From contig NC_058368.1 in NCBI RefSeq assembly GCF_018350175.1, positions 175,276,001 through 175,340,000 on the forward strand: a DNA stretch of 64,000 nt. The letters are read 5' to 3'. The position numbers were made by a program, and so were the translations under genes. Shown in pieces: positions 60,449-64,000 of this stretch. The DNA is from Felis catus (taxonomy: Eukaryota). The first letter of the stretch is position 1. Each line of letters begins with the position of its first letter. The notes beneath the pieces were generated by a model. That model did not search any database. It had not been told where the DNA came from and saw only the letters and a program-made list of their open reading frames with translations.

Positions 60449-61131
60449 CTAAAGCAGACGTTAAACGAGGTAGGTAAAACGTTTAGTATCGTGCCAGGCG
60501 TGTCGCCGACACTCCGAAAATGCTTTTTGAATTTTACAACCGGCTAATCAGGGAATAATGAAGTGCGATGCAGCCGACATCCGGTGGAGCTGCCGGAGAT
60601 GAAAGGGAATGGAAAACGGTTGAGTCACTATGGACAGCGGTTCCCATGTCTTGATTCGCTGTGGCTGTGACTGTGGCCCTAGATTCCTTCCCAGCCGGGA
60701 GGCAGGGTGCATGGGTAAGCAGGTGGATGTGTGCTGGGGGCAGGACAGGTTCAAAGTCACCTGCTGGGCAACCCTGGCTACGTCTTCCTAGAAATAGATC
60801 TCCTAGATCTCAGTCTTCCATGTCTGTAGGCTGGCAGTGATGTCCGTCCCTCCCGCACAGGGTGGAACAGGATGAAACAGTGCAGGCTGCACGGGACTGG
60901 ACCATGGTGAGGGACAGCAGATGTGAGCCAGTCCCAATCCCAGGAGAGGCTCCGATCCTGTCTCTCTTTGGGGTTGGGGCTTCCTGGGGTGCTGGGGAGG
61001 AGCAGGGGAGAAAGGCAGGGAGGGAAGGAAGGGAGAGAGATACAGGACCCTTGCACATGCAGTATGAAAGGGTCTGGGAAGGGAGTCAGCATCACACCAG
61101 GAAGAGGGAGAAGGGGAATGAGGTCCTGTGA

Positions 61132-61181
61132 GCCCCAGAGACCCCTCAGTCCCAGATAAGCCAGGGCAGTTGGTCACCCTA
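61132..61181 (-). mobile_element. MER94/MER81-like (hAT-Blackjack) DNA transposon end
   Basis: Minus strand tagggtgaccaactgccctggcttatctgggactgagggg resembles the MER94 terminus. Confidence 0.6.
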
Positions 61182-62569
61182 AAAGTGTGACTGAAGGAGT
61201 GGCACAGGGAGAAGCTGGGCCCAGCCAAGAGGATGGTACAGGAGAAAAAGGGGAGCCCTCCGGGGGTCCAGGCATGAGGGCTAAGCCCCAAGGAGAGCGT
61301 TTCGCAGATGCCCCAGCCACGGCTCAGAGCAGGAGCTCAACAGAGGAATATTCACCTGTAAGGACACCTTGTCAAGTACCTCCCTTGCCCTACACACCCC
61401 CCAGCACCCCACCTGCTGGCCGGCTTGCATGGACATTGTTTCCCCAAATGGTGGACGCCCTTCATGGCACTGTCAGCACGAGAGGAGGACGCTGGAAAAG
61501 CCACTGGCCTTTTAGCCCAACTTGTGAGAGGCTGAAGGAAAACGGACACGGAGAAGAAGGCCAGGCGCTACGATTAGAGGACAGAATGAGGAGGCTGAGG
61601 CATGCACCCAGCCCCCAGGCAAGGAGCACTGATGGCTGAAATCTTCCGAGGGGTTCGTAAGAACCTACGTGCGTCTAACAGTTTCACGAATAGGCCTTAA
61701 TTTCATAAACCGTGATGAGCGGTAATAATCACGATCATAGCTACCATTTCTGAGCATTTGCTGCATGCCGGACGTTGACGGGTTTTATCATTCTTAGCCC
61801 TCCCAGTAGTTCTGCTGTGCGGGCATGATGACCTTGCCCACTGCACGGAGTCAGAACCTGAGGCCAGCTTGCTTGCCCAGATCACCTGCTATGTCCCAGG
61901 CTCTTCACACGCAAAGAACTTTGAGTAGGGGAGGGGTGTGCCCCCACACGAAGCTCTATTACCTGAAGAAGGTGGGGCACCTGCGGGGGAGAGCAGCACC
62001 CGGGTCCCCGAGCCACAGTGTAACCCAACGCCTGCCTTTAGCACCAACTGGATTCGGTGAAATCCAATCTAAAATTAAGCCTCGCCCAAGCCTTTTTGTG
62101 TTTCAGTTATAGTCACTAAACGTGAAAAAAACCAAACCAAAAAAACCCCAGCAACGACACAGAAAACCACCTTCTAGATGTAAAATCATTAGCCACACGC
62201 TCCCGGTACTCCAGCCCTCGAAGGCATATTTTCACATTTTGCATCTTCCCAGTTTGGTTAAAATAGTTGTTTCTGACAATGGGTGAAGGGCTTTCCCTCA
62301 GCCTAAGAGACCCATTTTTTCCCCTTTGTATCTCCGTGAAAACAGGGTGTGTAATTACAGCAACGTAATTATCAGCTCTTTTCAAAAAGTGGGGCTGCTT
62401 GGGCTGTGTTTATGGTGTCGGACTTGACGGCCCTGAAAACTTAACTTGCACAATATTATAATTATCATAATCAATACTCTCGAAGCACTAAGTGGGGAGG
62501 GACCTCTTTCTGGAAGAAAACAAAGCAAAGTCTTTCTCAGCCACAAATATGTTGCAGGACCAGAGGCAG

Positions 62570-62810
62570 CAGCCTAGAGGTCTGGGTCACCCAGATGACA
62601 GTTCCAGTCCAGTCCTGTCCTGCCCAGCTTTGTGTGACCTCGGACAAGTCACCTAGCATCTGAGTCTCAGTTTCCTCATCTGTAGGATGGGGATGAAATG
62701 GCTTCCCTCCCGCCATCCGATGAGGTTAACGACCACAACAAAATAAAAATGCCCGGCAAAGCAGGTCCCAGAGAGTGTGGCACAAAATAGACAGTCACTA
62801 AATGGTAGCA
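62570..62810 (+). mobile_element. MIR remnant
   Basis: tgtgtgacctcggacaagtcacctagcatctgagtctcagtttcctcatctgtaggatgggg. Confidence 0.8.
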
Positions 62811-63770
62811 TGATTTCAATTTCATGCCTTTGTATTTGTATTATTTCATCAAATTAAGATGATAAATTATGCATGCTCTTAGTCCATTGTCAACTCCTCT
62901 CCGTGTGTTCTTTCGCTCATTGTCCAGATAGGAAGGTCACCCCCTCAGGCCTGGAAGTCACTCCCCTTGCCTGGGAGAAGCCCAGATCAGAAAGCTCAAA
63001 GAGATACGAAAAGACCATCAGCCTAGGCTCCCGGGCCTCAGTTTTCCATCCGTAAAATTGGCCGGTCGTCTCTACCTCACTGGTTTGTCGTGCCTATTGA
63101 GGAAAGTATATGAAATGTCCTCCCCGATGCCCAGCACATGGTAACTGCTCCATAAATGAATTTTCTCCCTTCCGGTCCCCACTAAGCCACGCACTGTGCA
63201 CTTCTAGGAGGGAAGCAGGGGAAGGATCTGCGTTCCCACTGGAGCAGAGAGAGAAACTGGCCTGTGTGAGGTCATTCGGCCAGAGAAGGCTGGAGTCTCT
63301 GGTTCCACTCCGGTGCTCTTTCCAATGTTCCACATTGAGCCATCGCATTCATTCACCCAATAAAAGTCTGCTGAGAGCTTCCCCTGGGCCAGGCCGTGGG
63401 CTGGGCTACTGCACCAGTCCAGGCTTGACGTAAACAGGGCCTGCCCGAGGCCAGAGCAGGAGAGAAGGATGGGGGGGATGGGCCACTTCTGTGCCTCTCC
63501 ACTTCTCTTTTCCTCGTTTATTCCCCTCTTATTTTCTTCTCTCCAGGGATTCGCCACCCACACAGGCAGCCACATTCTGATGAAGTTAATAATCAGGGTG
63601 TCAGCTTTAAATACCAGTTAACTCAAGGGAGAGAGCCTACTTGCCAGAAAAAAAAAAAAAATCCAAAAACTTAACAAGAGGAAAATTCCGGTTAAGCTAA
63701 CCCATTACCACAGTCCATGGTGCCCAAGCTATAGGATATGGTTATATTGCATTCATTCATTCATTCTTTT

Positions 63771-63987
63771 TTTTTTATTTTTTTAGTGTTTATTTATTTC
63801 TGAGACAGAGAGAGACAGAGCATGAGTGGGGGAGGGGCAGAGAGAGAGGGAGACACAGATTCAGAAGCAGGCTCCAGGCTCTGAGCCATCAGCCCAGAGC
63901 CTGACGCGGGGCTCGAACTCATGAACCGCGAGATCGTGACCTGAGCCGAAGTCGGCCGCTCAACCGACTGAGCCACCCAGGCGCCCC
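63771..63987 (-). mobile_element. Can-SINE (SINEC_Fc)
   Basis: TSD catt(c/a)attctttt at 63758 and 63988. Confidence 0.97.
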
Positions 63988-64000
63988 CATTAATTCTTTT

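Noticed and set aside
1503..63976. Recurrent ORFs such as MAQSVKRPTSAQV... and ...RQRETEHERGRGRERGRHRIG...
   Set aside because: These are translations of Can-SINE copies, not a gene family.
1..64000. Assignment to a named gene, chromosome or exact species
   Set aside because: No recognisable exon; needs a BLAT/BLAST search that I cannot run.

Overview
Mammalian genomic DNA from a felid (cat family), inferred from about 37 carnivore tRNA-derived SINEs, most of the feline SINEC_Fc type, and two L1 3' ends resembling feline L1. The window is GC-rich and repeat-dense, and is intergenic or deep intronic. I recognise no protein-coding exon, rRNA, true tRNA or CRISPR array. The ORF track consists of SINE/microsatellite artefacts and chance ORFs. 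Other content: old L1M 3' ends and one ORF2 remnant, MaLR (MLT1) and ERV1-class solo LTRs, MIR/L2 remnants, microsatellites, and several repeat-free blocks dense in homeodomain/SOX/TCF/FOX/RFX motifs (candidate enhancers). I found no new gene-encoded system. The most unusual structures concern retrotransposition. (1) At 5850-6487, two different SINEs plus a 166-bp spacer are enclosed by one shared target-site duplication (TSD), so they appear to have arrived as a single composite unit. (2) At 16927-17134, a roughly 45-bp L1 3' end carries a 3' transduction with its own AATAAA and second poly(A). (3) At 27288-27743, one SINE is inserted in inverted orientation inside another. Repeat subfamily names come from my memory of consensus sequences and need RepeatMasker/Dfam confirmation. 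Boundaries of old repeats are approximate.
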